From Azolla caroliniana (lineage: Eukaryota > Plantae > Polypodiophyta): a DNA stretch of 64,000 nucleotides. The stretch covers positions 11,408,001-11,472,000 of the forward strand of contig JBHGNT010000007.1 of assembly GCA_043228905.1 (NCBI GenBank). The letters run 5' to 3'. The notes beneath the pieces were generated by a model, which had not been told where the DNA came from, ran no database searches, and saw only the letters and a program-made list of their open reading frames with translations. Below, in pieces: positions 40,101-49,711 of the stretch; the stretch's first letter is position 1; each line of letters opens with the position of its first letter. Position numbers and translations under genes: made by a program.

Positions 40101-40674
40101 TCTTAATAGTGCTGGAAGGATGTACTGATATGGAAAATAGGAACATTGCCTCCTTGGGTCCTTCTTCGCGTAGTTGATGGAGTGAAATGGTCGAAACTCG
40201 GCGAGTTGATTCTTGGGGTGGTCGATATCGGACTTCTCTTGTTCTCCAATCTATGGCTGGATTATGTAACTCAAGCCAAGGTAATCCTAGGACAATGGGA
40301 TGCTCTGGACTACTAATTATATTAAATGATATTATACACACAAAACTACCTAGGACAACTTGAATGGGTTCTGATTCTTCTACAATATTCCCGGAAGCAA
40401 TGGGACGACCATCAATGACCACTACAGATGCGGGACAAGGAAGTTTTCTTAAGGATATCTGAGAAGCTTGGGCAAAATTTCGATCCATGAAACAGGAATT
40501 AGCTCCGGAATCTAAAAGTGCTAGGACGGGTACTGGGGGAGTACTTTTAGTACTAACAATGACTTGGGCTAGGAACACATTGCTAACTTGCTTGGAAGGA
40601 ATGGAACCACTAATGGGCTGTACAGATCTAGGGCTGTTGTCCAACCAAATGGCTCCTATTTTGGCTGGACTCAA
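37102..40674 (-). CDS. pol: Pol polyprotein (protease, RT, RNase H, integrase, chromodomain), probably expressed by -1 frameshift from gag
   Basis: LLDSGANSCF, YLDDLLIYS, EADASDFALG, HDTHTAGHFG..CDACC, ISDRGPQF, GPF, YEVAAILDSK..YLVDWLGYSPSECTWEP. Confidence 0.95.
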   Translation of the reverse strand: MSPAKIGAIWLDNSPRSVQPISGSIPSKQVSNVFLAQVIVSTKSTPPVPVLALLDSGANSCFMDRNFAQASQISLRKLPCPASVVVIDGRPIASGNIVEESEPIQVVLGSFVCIISFNIISSPEHPIVLGLPWLELHNPAIDWRTREVRYRPPQESTRRVSTISLHQLREEGPKEAMFLFSISVHPSSTIKKDSSVQLPAKYHPYADVFDKVKAGTLPHHRPYDCPIDLQPGTEPPWGPIYNLSPTELEVLRAYIEENLASGFIRHSKSPAGAPIFFVKKKDGSLRLVVDYRGLNKVTIRNRYALPLISSLLERVNGAKFFTKIDLRGAYNLVRIRPGDEWKTAFRTRYGHFEYTIMPFGLTNAPAVFQHMANDIFRDLLDICLIIYLDDLLIYSKTQEEHDSHVLLVLKRLRENGLYAKLEKCSFDCKQVEFLGYVISSKGIAMDPAKIQTVLEWQIPRSVRDVQCFLGFANFYRKFIQDYSKIILPLTQLTKKGQAFLWSIEADMAFRHLKKAFTSAPILAHVDTSKPFIMEADASDFALGSILSQQGDKEELHPVAFHLRKFDVAEINYEIHDKELLAIVDSFVQWRHFLEGSPHQVIVFSDHKNLAYFQNARVLNRRQARWAQFLTRFDFKITYRPGKQQGKADALSRRSYLAPRPGEATFDNQKQVILGPTRLHTTQIFHTPMDSRITDDIRATLKTDSFAQDILAHIDTSRASCSQSQQPGIDYRQFEYHDGLLFFKKRVYVPDCSCRLQIVQHCHDTHTAGHFGSTKTLELAQRSFWWPHMRRFVDDYVRTCDACCRAKMPRHHPYGLLEPLPIPSKPWQSICLDFITDLPVSKGFDAILTVVDRYTKMAHFVPCTKAITSEETAALVMREVFRHHGLPDSIISDRGPQFVSKFWQHLFKMLKVSCNLSSGYHPQTDGQAERTNQTLEQYLWCFLSYQQDDWAEILHFAEFAYNNAIHSSTRVSPFFAYTGFHPRLSVIDTPELPTNPRAEDHLERLRKIQMDLSTHLRHAQHTQKTYADRHRIPSSFAIGDRVWLLRRHIKTTRPCDKLDYRRLGPFRITGKINDVTFRLDLPPQLQIHPVFHCSLLEPYKANTIPDRVTPPPPPLELDAGPEYEVAAILDSKLVRNKLYYLVDWLGYSPSECTWEPVENVANAQDLLADFHRKYPDKPGPQVALTRSTRRL

Positions 40675-41828
40675 TCGTTTAACTCTTCATCTAATTGACT
40701 AAGGATTTCAAATTTATTTGAGATACTTGGGCTATTAGTACTATGAATACTATCTGACACTCTATTAGTACTATTACTACTATCAGACACTCCGAAGGGA
40801 AGAATTGACTCAGGTTTAGTACAGGCGACAATTTGATTTACCTGTCTTCTTGGCCTATGGGGACAATTGATGGCGATATGTCCTGGTCCACCGCAATAAA
40901 GGCATAATCGATTGGCACGTCGTCGTTGCTTTTCTTCTTCCGATAACGGGCCGCGTCGACGCATGGTATCGATCTCCATCGGTGTCGAAGTATTTGCTTG
41001 AGGTATGTCTCGTGCAAACGGTTTAGCCGCGACTGCGGCGTAAGTGGGCTCTGGCCTAGAGCATAGTATCTGTAATTGACGTTCTGAACGTCGTTCAAAA
41101 AGGCGGTTATCACATCGAACTGCTCGACTGATTGCCTCCGTAAGAGACTTTGGTTCTTCGGGGAAAGTTAGAAGTAGATCTTTGACATCGTTTCGCAAGC
41201 CATAGCGAAACTGCTCCATTAGTGCTTGATCATCCCAGGGTATATCTGAAGCAAGTAGGCGGAAATCCGCCGCGTAGGCAGAGGCTGGACGATCGCCTTG
41301 ACGCAATCGCCGGATCTTGTTGATCGCCGTCCTGATGTTGTCGGTGTCTCCAAAGCAGGCTTTAAACTCACCAATAAAATCTTCAAAGTTATTAAGCAAG
41401 GGCGATTGTTTTTCTAGAAGCGGAGCGAACCATGCCAAGGCTGAGCCGCTAAGTAGCGTGCCTATTAGGCCGACTCGAGATGCATCAGTGGGATATCGGG
41501 AAGGATGCATCTGGATGACTAAGCGTACCTGATTAAGGAATCCCCGAAATTGTGAACGCGTTCCATCAAATTTCACAGGAAGTCCAATCTTGGGCTCTTT
41601 ATGAAATCCTTGGGGACTGGATCCTTGTTGTTGCAACGCTGCTTCGAGTTGTTGTACCCGTAACGCTAACTCCCCATGTTGTTGTTGCGTTTGTTGTTTT
41701 TCTAGAGCGATTTGTTGCAGATCCCCTATCAGCCGTTGGTTTTCTTGTTCCAAGGCAACAAACTTTTCTTTTAGGCACTGTAGCTCGGAGAAAATGGATT
41801 GGTATTCTTGGGCGCTAACAGTAGCCAT
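40671..41828 (-). CDS. gag: Gag of chromovirus G (coiled coil, capsid, CCHC knuckle)
   Basis: EPKIGLPVKFDGTRSQFRGFL, LRQG..YAADF, CLYCGGPGHIAINC. Confidence 0.93.
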   Translation of the reverse strand: MATVSAQEYQSIFSELQCLKEKFVALEQENQRLIGDLQQIALEKQQTQQQHGELALRVQQLEAALQQQGSSPQGFHKEPKIGLPVKFDGTRSQFRGFLNQVRLVIQMHPSRYPTDASRVGLIGTLLSGSALAWFAPLLEKQSPLLNNFEDFIGEFKACFGDTDNIRTAINKIRRLRQGDRPASAYAADFRLLASDIPWDDQALMEQFRYGLRNDVKDLLLTFPEEPKSLTEAISRAVRCDNRLFERRSERQLQILCSRPEPTYAAVAAKPFARDIPQANTSTPMEIDTMRRRGPLSEEEKQRRRANRLCLYCGGPGHIAINCPHRPRRQVNQIVACTKPESILPFGVSDSSNSTNRVSDSIHSTNSPSISNKFEILSQLDEELND

Positions 41829-41883
41829 AGTATAGGGGAAAGGGTAGGAGGATGAGGGAGAGTGACAAGTAGGCTAGAGGAAA

Positions 41884-41895
41884 AAATTGGTTCAA
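41884..41895 (-). promoter_or_regulatory. Self-priming-type PBS of G (TTGAACCAATTT)
   Basis: 2 nt from the 5' LTR end; no tRNA-type TGG start; 12-nt complementary to minus-strand LTR sequence 42111-42100, about 33 nt downstream of the TATAAAA start. Confidence 0.7.
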
Positions 41896-42254
41896 ACTGT
41901 CAGGAATAGTACTAAAACAGAGATGGAATTAGTACTAAGAAGAGTAGTACTATTAGTACTAAGAGGACGGGACTGCGTAAGATTCCCGAGAGAGAGGAAG
42001 TGAGAAGAGGAGAGAGAGAGAGGGAAATAGGATGATGACAGCAGCTCTTATATTATATGAAAGATAAGTACAAATCGACTAAGAGGCTTAAGACTGGTGT
42101 TGAACCAATTTGGTTCAACATAATGCTTAGTGCCTTCTTTTATAGTGTTCTCAGGAATAATCCTGAAGCTTCTAGAATGTTCCAGAGAAATCTGGAATAT
42201 ACATTACTTTCTTATAATAAAACATAAATGAAAATAATATTCTATGAATTACAA

Positions 42255-42322
42255 TAGATGGTGAGATGGTTAAGAGCTCGACCCATATACCATAAGGTCA
42301 TGGGTTCGAGTCTTGCCATCTC
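42255..42322 (+). other. tRNA-like Pol III A/B-box module in U3 of the G LTR (second copy ~37017-37084)
   Basis: A-box-like TGGTGAGATGG, B box GGTTCGAGTC, terminal stem AGATGG..CCATCT. Confidence 0.55.
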
Positions 42323-43254
42323 ATGACAGTTACGCGGTATGGGTACAATGAGTACATGGCGCATCATTATGTGTTCATGACTAAGGTGGTGGAAGTGCGT
42401 GAGCCGGAGAGCTACGTAGAAGCGGCAAAGGACGCAAATTAGCGTGCCGCTATGGAGGAAGAAATGCGGGCCCTAGATGCCAACGACACATGGGACCTCG
42501 TTGACCCTCCTTGACACTACAAACCGATCGGTTGCAAATAGGTGTACAAGGTAAAGTACAATGTTGGCGGTTCGGTTAACCGGTACAAGGCCCGGTTAGT
42601 GGCGAAGGGATACGCACAGACCCAGGGAATCGATTACGACGAGACCTTCGCCCCGATAGCGAAGATGACGACGGTTCGTGTGGTACTGGTGGTTGCTGCG
42701 GCAAGGGGGTGGTATCTTCACCAGATGGACGTGAAGAATGGGTTTCTTCAAGGTGACCTTGAAGAACAGGTCTATATGATCCAACCTCCCGGTTTTTAGT
42801 CGGAGATGAACAAGTCGGCGGTGTGCCGGCTCAAGAAGTCGCTTTACGGTCTGATGCAAGCCCCCCAAGCTTGGAATGCGAAGATCACACACCGGTTGCG
42901 TAAGATGGGGTTTGTGACCTCTAAATCTGACTCATCGTTCATTCAGCAAGGTCCGAATGGTCCGGTTTGCATCCTACTTTGTGTTGATGATTTAGTCATC
43001 ACTGAACCCGAACTCAATGAAATCGGCAGAGTAAAGTCCCAGCTGTCCGACACATTTGAGATGAAGGACCTGGGGGACCTTCATTATTTTCTTGGGATCG
43101 AGGTGATCCAAACCCCCGACTCCATATTGCTCTCACAATGACACTATGTGTTGTCGTAGTGTATTTCGTACACTACGTGAAAAAGTAAAAATAATATAAA
43201 CGATTTAATTACATATAAATAAATAAAATAAGAATATCAAAATATTTATCACGT

Positions 43255-43322
43255 GCATAGGGCAAGATTCGAACCCTATACCTCCACATAGCCAAACCTC
43301 AACTTTACCATTATGCTACCTT
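43255..43322 (-). other. tRNA-derived Pol III A/B-box module in U3 of the H LTR (second copy ~45841-45908)
   Basis: Minus strand AGG-TAGCATAATGG-TAAAG..TATAG-GGTTCGAATC-TTGCCCTATG: consensus A box and B box with tRNA-like spacing. Confidence 0.6.
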
Positions 43323-43850
43323 ATCTTTAGTGTTTTATAAATAGATTTAATAACTATAAGTGCTTTATTTGCGCCTACCTTTATTAAAAGGTAAACCATG
43401 CATTTTTAGAGTGCGTGAATATTTTATAGAAAAACGCAAGCAACTAAAAAGTGACTCATGCACATCTAGCATGCATGAGCACTATATTTAGCAAATAAAA
43501 GCAAGGATTAGAAAAGCATCACATGCACATTTAGTGTGCATGAACATATTAGAAAAAAAAAGCATGTAGCTATGCTTAGTCTCTCCCATCACTACATAAG
43601 GATGGGGAGCACAATGTAATAGGTGTGTGAAAAAATTTGGAAACTAGATATGTTTCTAAAAAACACCAATTAATAAACTATACTCGTGGGATTCACGAGT
43701 TTGCTATAACTCTTTCTTACAACATATTTATATTCTTATTAGCCTTAAAACTCTCCTCTTCCTAGTCCAAAACCCCAGTGGTTCCCACCCGACTCACGCA
43801 AACGATCCGGAGCCGAAAGGCACGACACAGTTGGTGAACCCGACGCGAAG

Positions 43851-45785
43851 GTGGGTGGCAAGGAGATGGAAAATCAACAAGAGGCGATGAACATAACGAT
43901 GATGATGATGTTCGAGCGGATGCTACAAGAACAACGAGTGATGTCGGAGATCACGGGGACAGTAAAGCGGCTCGTACAACGAAACGGACAATTCAACGGA
44001 AACGATGTGTCACGCTATCTACGTGACTACAAGGCGGAGATGATACGATGTGGGATACCAGAAGGATTGCAAGTGACATCCTTCAATCGGGTGGCCACGG
44101 ATGAGCTACAAGAGAGAATCCACAAGATACGGCAACAAAACTCGACATGGGGGTCATTCGAAGAAGCTTTACGAGAGGCATATGATTACAAGAGATCAAA
44201 GGGACAAGATCGGCGAAAATTCGACGAATGGGTGGCATCGGAGAAGACCCACCGAAGTGCAACACAAGCATTCCTAGAGTTCGAGCATCGTCTTGCTCAA
44301 CTCTCGGAGCGGGAACAACGGTTGGTGGGGGAGGATAAAGTCCTAATGTTCGTAAAATCGATCAATCGAAAAGAAAGGATGGACATCGGGATCGAACTCG
44401 AAGACGATGAAGGTACGAATGGTCTTACCGAAGATTGGGCCGAAGTCCAAAGGGTATGCCGGAGACATGATGAGAGGAAGATGAGAATCTTGTCAACGAC
44501 ATGGCCGATGAAGGATGGTCGATTGAAGACAAACGATGGAGCCGATATGAAGGCCGAAATACAACATGATGGTCCGACGGAAGAGGGTGTAAAACAAGCT
44601 ACCCTCTTGTCTTGCGAAAGAACAACGATGAAGGATAAGGCCGATAACCCAAGTGTAGAAGAAGATTTCGGAATACAAGTGTCCGAAACATCGGGTGAAA
44701 AAGGGGTAAGCATAATTGATGTTTGCATAATTGATGCAGTGAAAGAGAGCAAGGAGGACTTGATTGAGGAGGTCGCCATGAAAGATGACATCGAATCGAA
44801 GGTGGCTATGGACGAATCAACGACGGATGGCCATATCGAGACTTCCCCACCACTGATTCCAGAGACTCCGGCGGTTGCGTTCGAAAGGCAACGTGAGACC
44901 GAAGAGATGGAAGGTGGCGGAGAGAAAACAAAGGTCGAAGTCGATGCATACGACGGAGAGATAGCCGAGAATATGGCTATGGGTGAAACAACGAAGGATG
45001 ATAATACCGAGGATTCCTACCCACTAATTCTAGAGACTTCGGCCGTTGTGTCCGAGAACCAACGTGAGACCGGAGAGACGGGAGGTGGCGGCAAGAAAGG
45101 TAAAGTCGGAAGCCAGTTAGGATGGAAGGTGATCCGGACGGGATTCCGATCCGAAAGAAAGCCGAACCGGGTAAAAGAGGATTCGACCGAAAGTCGACCC
45201 GAAAGAAAGCCGAACCGAAAGGAAGAGAATTCGGCCGAAAGACGACACAAACGAGACCGATCCGGAAAGAAGCTAATCCGACTCAACTGGAGGTTGGACC
45301 GGTCGAGGCTGGTGAAAACGAGGAAAAGAAAGCCAACCAAAACCGAAACCGATAGATCGAAACCGGGCCGGAAGGAGACCGACTCAATCGAAACCGAACA
45401 ACCGATTCCGATTCGGCCGAATACGAATCCGATCGGAAGCCGATCAAACCGAAAGTCGATCGGACGAGAGCGATTCGGAAAAAAGTCAAGGTTGATGAAG
45501 ACAAGAAAGAGGCCAGTAAAAGACACTACCACGAATGACAAGGGCCAAGAATATGACGAGAGAGAACAAAGAATATGGTGGATCGGATGGCGACAATGGT
45601 TCGGGTGGAAAGAATGGGTCTACTCAAAATGGAGAGACAAAGTTGACATAGCGGGACAAACAGAGGATGAAGGGGAGACAACGAGCATCGGCAACTTCGG
45701 CACATACCGGAGGATGTGCGGGTTCGGAGGGGGCGAGTGTCGTAGTGTATTTCGTACACTACGTGAAAAAGTAAAAATAATATAA
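43851..45785 (+). CDS. Gag-like protein with acidic internal duplication and basic C-terminal tail; first ATG at 43866; ORF runs into the 3' LTR
   Basis: 644-codon ORF; gag-like FNGNDVSRYLRDY..WGSFEEALREAY; no PR, RT or IN motifs. Confidence 0.7.
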   Translation: MGGKEMENQQEAMNITMMMMFERMLQEQRVMSEITGTVKRLVQRNGQFNGNDVSRYLRDYKAEMIRCGIPEGLQVTSFNRVATDELQERIHKIRQQNSTWGSFEEALREAYDYKRSKGQDRRKFDEWVASEKTHRSATQAFLEFEHRLAQLSEREQRLVGEDKVLMFVKSINRKERMDIGIELEDDEGTNGLTEDWAEVQRVCRRHDERKMRILSTTWPMKDGRLKTNDGADMKAEIQHDGPTEEGVKQATLLSCERTTMKDKADNPSVEEDFGIQVSETSGEKGVSIIDVCIIDAVKESKEDLIEEVAMKDDIESKVAMDESTTDGHIETSPPLIPETPAVAFERQRETEEMEGGGEKTKVEVDAYDGEIAENMAMGETTKDDNTEDSYPLILETSAVVSENQRETGETGGGGKKGKVGSQLGWKVIRTGFRSERKPNRVKEDSTESRPERKPNRKEENSAERRHKRDRSGKKLIRLNWRLDRSRLVKTRKRKPTKTETDRSKPGRKETDSIETEQPIPIRPNTNPIGSRSNRKSIGRERFGKKSRLMKTRKRPVKDTTTNDKGQEYDEREQRIWWIGWRQWFGWKEWVYSKWRDKVDIAGQTEDEGETTSIGNFGTYRRMCGFGGGECRSVFRTLREKVKII

Positions 45786-48700
45786 ACGATTTAATTACAT
45801 ATAAATAAATAAAATAAGAATATCAAAATATTTATCACGTGCATAGGGCAAGATTCGAACCCTATACCTCCACATAGCCAAACCTCAACTTTACCATTAT
45901 GCTACCTTATCTTTAGTGTTTTATAAATAGATTTAATAACTATAAGTGCTTTATTTGCGCCTACCTTTATTAAAAGGTAAACCATGCATTTTTAGAGTGC
46001 GTGAATATTTTATAGAAAAACGCAAGCAACTAAAAAGTGACTCATGCACATCTAGCATGCATGAGCACTATATTTAGCAAATAAAAGCAAGGATTAGAAA
46101 AGCATCACATGCACATTTAGTGTGCATGAACATATTAGAAAAAAAAAGCATGTAGCTATGCTTAGTCTCTCCCATCACTACATAAGGATGGGGAGCACAA
46201 TGTAATAGGTGTGTGAAAAAATTTGGAAACTAGATATGTTTCTAAAAAACACCAATTAATAAACTATACTCGTGGGATTCACGAGTTTGCTATAACTCTT
46301 TCTTACAACATATTTATATTCTTATTAGCCTTAAAACTCTCCTCTTCCTAGTCCAAAACCCCAGTGGTTCCCACCCGACTCACGCAAACGATCCGGAGCC
46401 GAAAGGCACGACAGTGTTGAATATGCTATACAAGTTCCGTATGACAGAGTGCCGACTTGTCTCCACACCCCTGGACCGGAACCAAAAGCTTTGTCCCAAC
46501 TCCGGACCGGCCTGTGATCTGAAGCGGTTCCGACAAATCGTCGAAAGCCTTATATATTTGACAATCACTCGTCCCGACATCAGTTATCCGGTCGGCGTGA
46601 TCAACCAATATATGTAGAAGCCGATCGTAGAGCACCTTATGTACGCATTCCGGATACTCCAGTATGTGAGCGGCACAAAGGAACGGGGACTGTTATACCG
46701 GCATGGTATAACCGAAGAACTAGTCGGATATACAGATGCCGACTCGGCCGGTGATGCATCGGATCGCCGATCCACCTCCGGCTATATGTTTTCCCTTGGT
46801 AGCGCGGGTGTTGCATGGAGCAGCAAAAAGCAGCTAACAATGGCCCTTTCGAGCACTGAGGCTGAATACTGTTGCCACCTGTGAAGCCATTTGGCTTCGG
46901 CAACTGTTGCAAGACCTGCGGATCGAGGTGCCGACTCCGATCCTGATCTACTGCGACAAAATAAGCATCATGCAACTCGCCAAGAACCCAGTATTCCATG
47001 CTCGCACAAAGCACATAGAAGCGCACTACCACTTCGCGCGTGAGCGTGTCCTAAACGGTGAAGTCGAACTACGGTATGTTCATACGGATCGGCAAGTTGC
47101 CAACATCTTCACCAAACCGCTCGGATCGGACAAGTTGCAGCATTTCACCGAAATGCTTGGTGTTCAGCATCTCGACGTGCCGCAGTTGAGGGGGAGAACG
47201 GGCAAAGACACCGGAATGGGCAAAGGCAAAGAAACTGCCGATTGTGCCGGTGAGGGACGAACCGACAAAGGGAGAGATAAGAAGAAGAAAGGAGCTGAGT
47301 CGACAAAGGAAGTTTACACATCCGAACAAGTCAGAACAAGTTGTAGCGGCTGCAAAGTCAAGAAGGACAGAGCCAACCAGAAGAAGAAGGCCAAGACCCG
47401 GACATGGTCCAATGTGGTGAAGGGCCTGGAACCAGAAGACGAATCGGGAGTGACCGATTCAGACAAAATTTGGAACGAATCGGAGATAGCCGATTCGGTT
47501 CAACAAACGGATTCGGAAGAACCAGATCAATTCAAGGCCAAGAGGACTAGAAGGCAGCAAAAGTTGACGCCAACACAAAGGAATCGGCGAATCGGCAAGC
47601 GCCGAAGTCACAACAGCGAGGGAGCTGAATTGGGCCTGTTTAGCAGAGATGCCAGCCGAGGAGGTCGAGGTGCACAGAATCAAAAAGGTCTCAGCAAACG
47701 GGACAGGACCTGACGAGGAGCGCGAGTGAGGCGGAGTGACGCCAGAAGGAGTCGGGTGGAAGGACCGGTTGCCATGGAGACTGACACAACGATCTGACCT
47801 CAAGTTGAGCTTGAGGGGGAGTGTTGAGCGGCAAGCTCAACCGGATCCGGATCGGCATTCGGAAGGATGAGTTGGATTGGTGAGTCGGTGAGCAAGTGAG
47901 CCGGTGAGTTGGAGAGCCGGTTAGCCGGATCAAGCAGTAACCGGAAGCCTAGTAGCAGCCTAGATTACTAGGTAGGTAATGTCTCATAGTTAGTGTTAGA
48001 CGCTCGTGTGAGCATTGAAGTACACTATACTTCTGTTAGTCCTCTTAGGACTTGTATAAATAGTGTTGTTGAGCACGTTCTATGTACAGAGAATTTTACA
48101 GAGTTGTTGATAATATATTTAAGTTGTTCTGCTCTTTCTCTGTCTCTCCTACATACCTTCTGTGTGTTAATCTCTCTCTCTCTCTCTCTCTCTCTTTGTT
48201 GCTATCCGACTAAGTCGGTTGTCTAACGCTTCTGCATCTTCGTTTTTACAAGGGGCTAGACCCAAAATTCTACCAACACAAAATTAATTTGGCCATGGAT
48301 GCGAAACCAATTCAGTGGAGACGTTATCGTATGAACCCGAATTACCCAGCCTTCTCCAACCAAGAGTCACACCGAATTACATGTAAAGGAGGAAATCGAC
48401 AAACTCTTGAAAGTTGGGTTTATTCGGCCAGTAAAGCAAGCCACATGGCTTAACCCAATAGTGGTCATACCTAAGAAAAATGGCAAAATCAGAGTGTGTG
48501 TCGAGTACCGCAAGTTAAACGTTGTCACAATCACCGACACATTTCCCTTGCCATTTACGGATAGTGTACTAGACGCGGTCGCAGGTCACGACATGTACAG
48601 TTTTCTTGATGAATTCAGTGGTTATAACCAAATACGCATGCACCCGGGAGATTAGGAGAAAACCGCTTTTGTAACCGAATGGGGCGTCTTTGTGGCGGTG

Positions 48701-49152
48701 GTAATGATGTTCGGATTAAAAACCATTCCGGCCACATTCCAATGCGCCATTGTAGAGATTTTCGGCGACTTCATCCCTGTGTTCATGCAAGTCTTCCTCG
48801 ATGACTTTGCGGTCTATGGGACGCGAGTGGATCACTTGAGCCATCTAAAGCTATGTTTAGAACGATGTCATACTTTGCGGCTTAGTCTCGATCCGGCCAA
48901 GTGCACGTTTGGGGTTACAAGCGGAGCCCTTCTCAAGCACATAGTGAGCAAGGACGGTATTGCGGTGGATCCTGGCAAAATCATAGTCGAGGCTAAAATC
49001 CCTAGTAATGCAAAGGCCCTTAGCCGTTTTTGGGGCAAATCCGCTGGCACAACCGCATGCTTCGTTATTCGGCTAATTTTGCAACACAACTACATGCCGC
49101 GGTGCACCACACACCATTCAAATGGACTGCAACGGAGGATAAGACGTACGGA

Positions 49153-49286
49153 CATAGTTCTAGCCATACGTCCATTCGTGTCATACTCAAACGCCAATAT
49201 TCGTATCATACTCATACGTGAAAAGGCTCCAAGTATGATTGAAATCCATACGCGGTACATAGATATATACATATGGTGTACATAGT

Positions 49287-49337
<51 letters not shown>

Positions 49338-49711
49338 TGTGTGTGTGTGGTCTAGAGAGAGAAGCCTTGTTTTGCATGTGTGAGGAGACAATGGTTGAGT
49401 GTATATCTAGACTCTAGAGAGAGAGAGAGAGGAGCTATGGGTTTTGTCTGTGTGAGGGAGTGTGTAATATGTATATTAGATATCTAGATTTTGTAGAGCG
49501 AGAAGATCTGTCAATTCTTGTGTGAGTGAGAGAGAGAGTGTGTGTGTGTGTCAAACGTCACTTCTATTCACAAAGAATTATGAATATTAAAAATTAAAAA
49601 AACCCAAAAGAAAAAAAAGAAGCCAAATGAATATCGTGTATCATACGCGTATGTTTGCAAACGTTCACGTACGTCCAGTAAATTGGACGTACACGAATAT
49701 TAGGAACTATG
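49153..49711. mobile_element. hAT-like non-autonomous MITE inserted in the RT/RNaseH region of gypsy D
   Basis: Short TIRs CATAGTTCTA / TAGGAACTATG; 8-bp TSD CGTACGGA 49145-49152 vs CGTACGAA 49712-49719; internal (GT)n(GA)n. Confidence 0.8.

Larger units (their letters stand above)
36660..42328 (-). mobile_element. Intact young Ty3/gypsy chromovirus G (Tcn1/Tf1-sushi-like)
   Basis: 431-bp LTRs 36660-37090 and 41898-42328, only one difference seen; TSD GTTAC 36655-36659 and 42329-42333; PPT AAGGGGGAGATAG on minus; open gag and pol ORFs. Confidence 0.97.
43152..46413 (+). mobile_element. Young non-autonomous gag-only LTR element H (TR-GAG-like)
   Basis: 676-bp LTRs 43152-43827 and 45738-46413, no difference spotted, TGTCG..CGACA ends; PBS TGGTGAACCCGACG 43832-43845 (tRNA-Trp type); PPT GGAGGGGGCGAG; 4-bp TSD GTGT; removal restores host HYVLNML. 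Confidence 0.93.
33442..48250 (+). mobile_element. Ty1/copia element F (family A), degenerate, host of G and H
   Basis: LTRs 33442-33869 and 47822-48250; PBS 33870-33881; PPT GAGGGGGAG 47813-47821; TSD AGGGA/AGGGG (33437-33441, 48251-48255); gag, PR, IN, RT and RH remnants. Confidence 0.93.
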
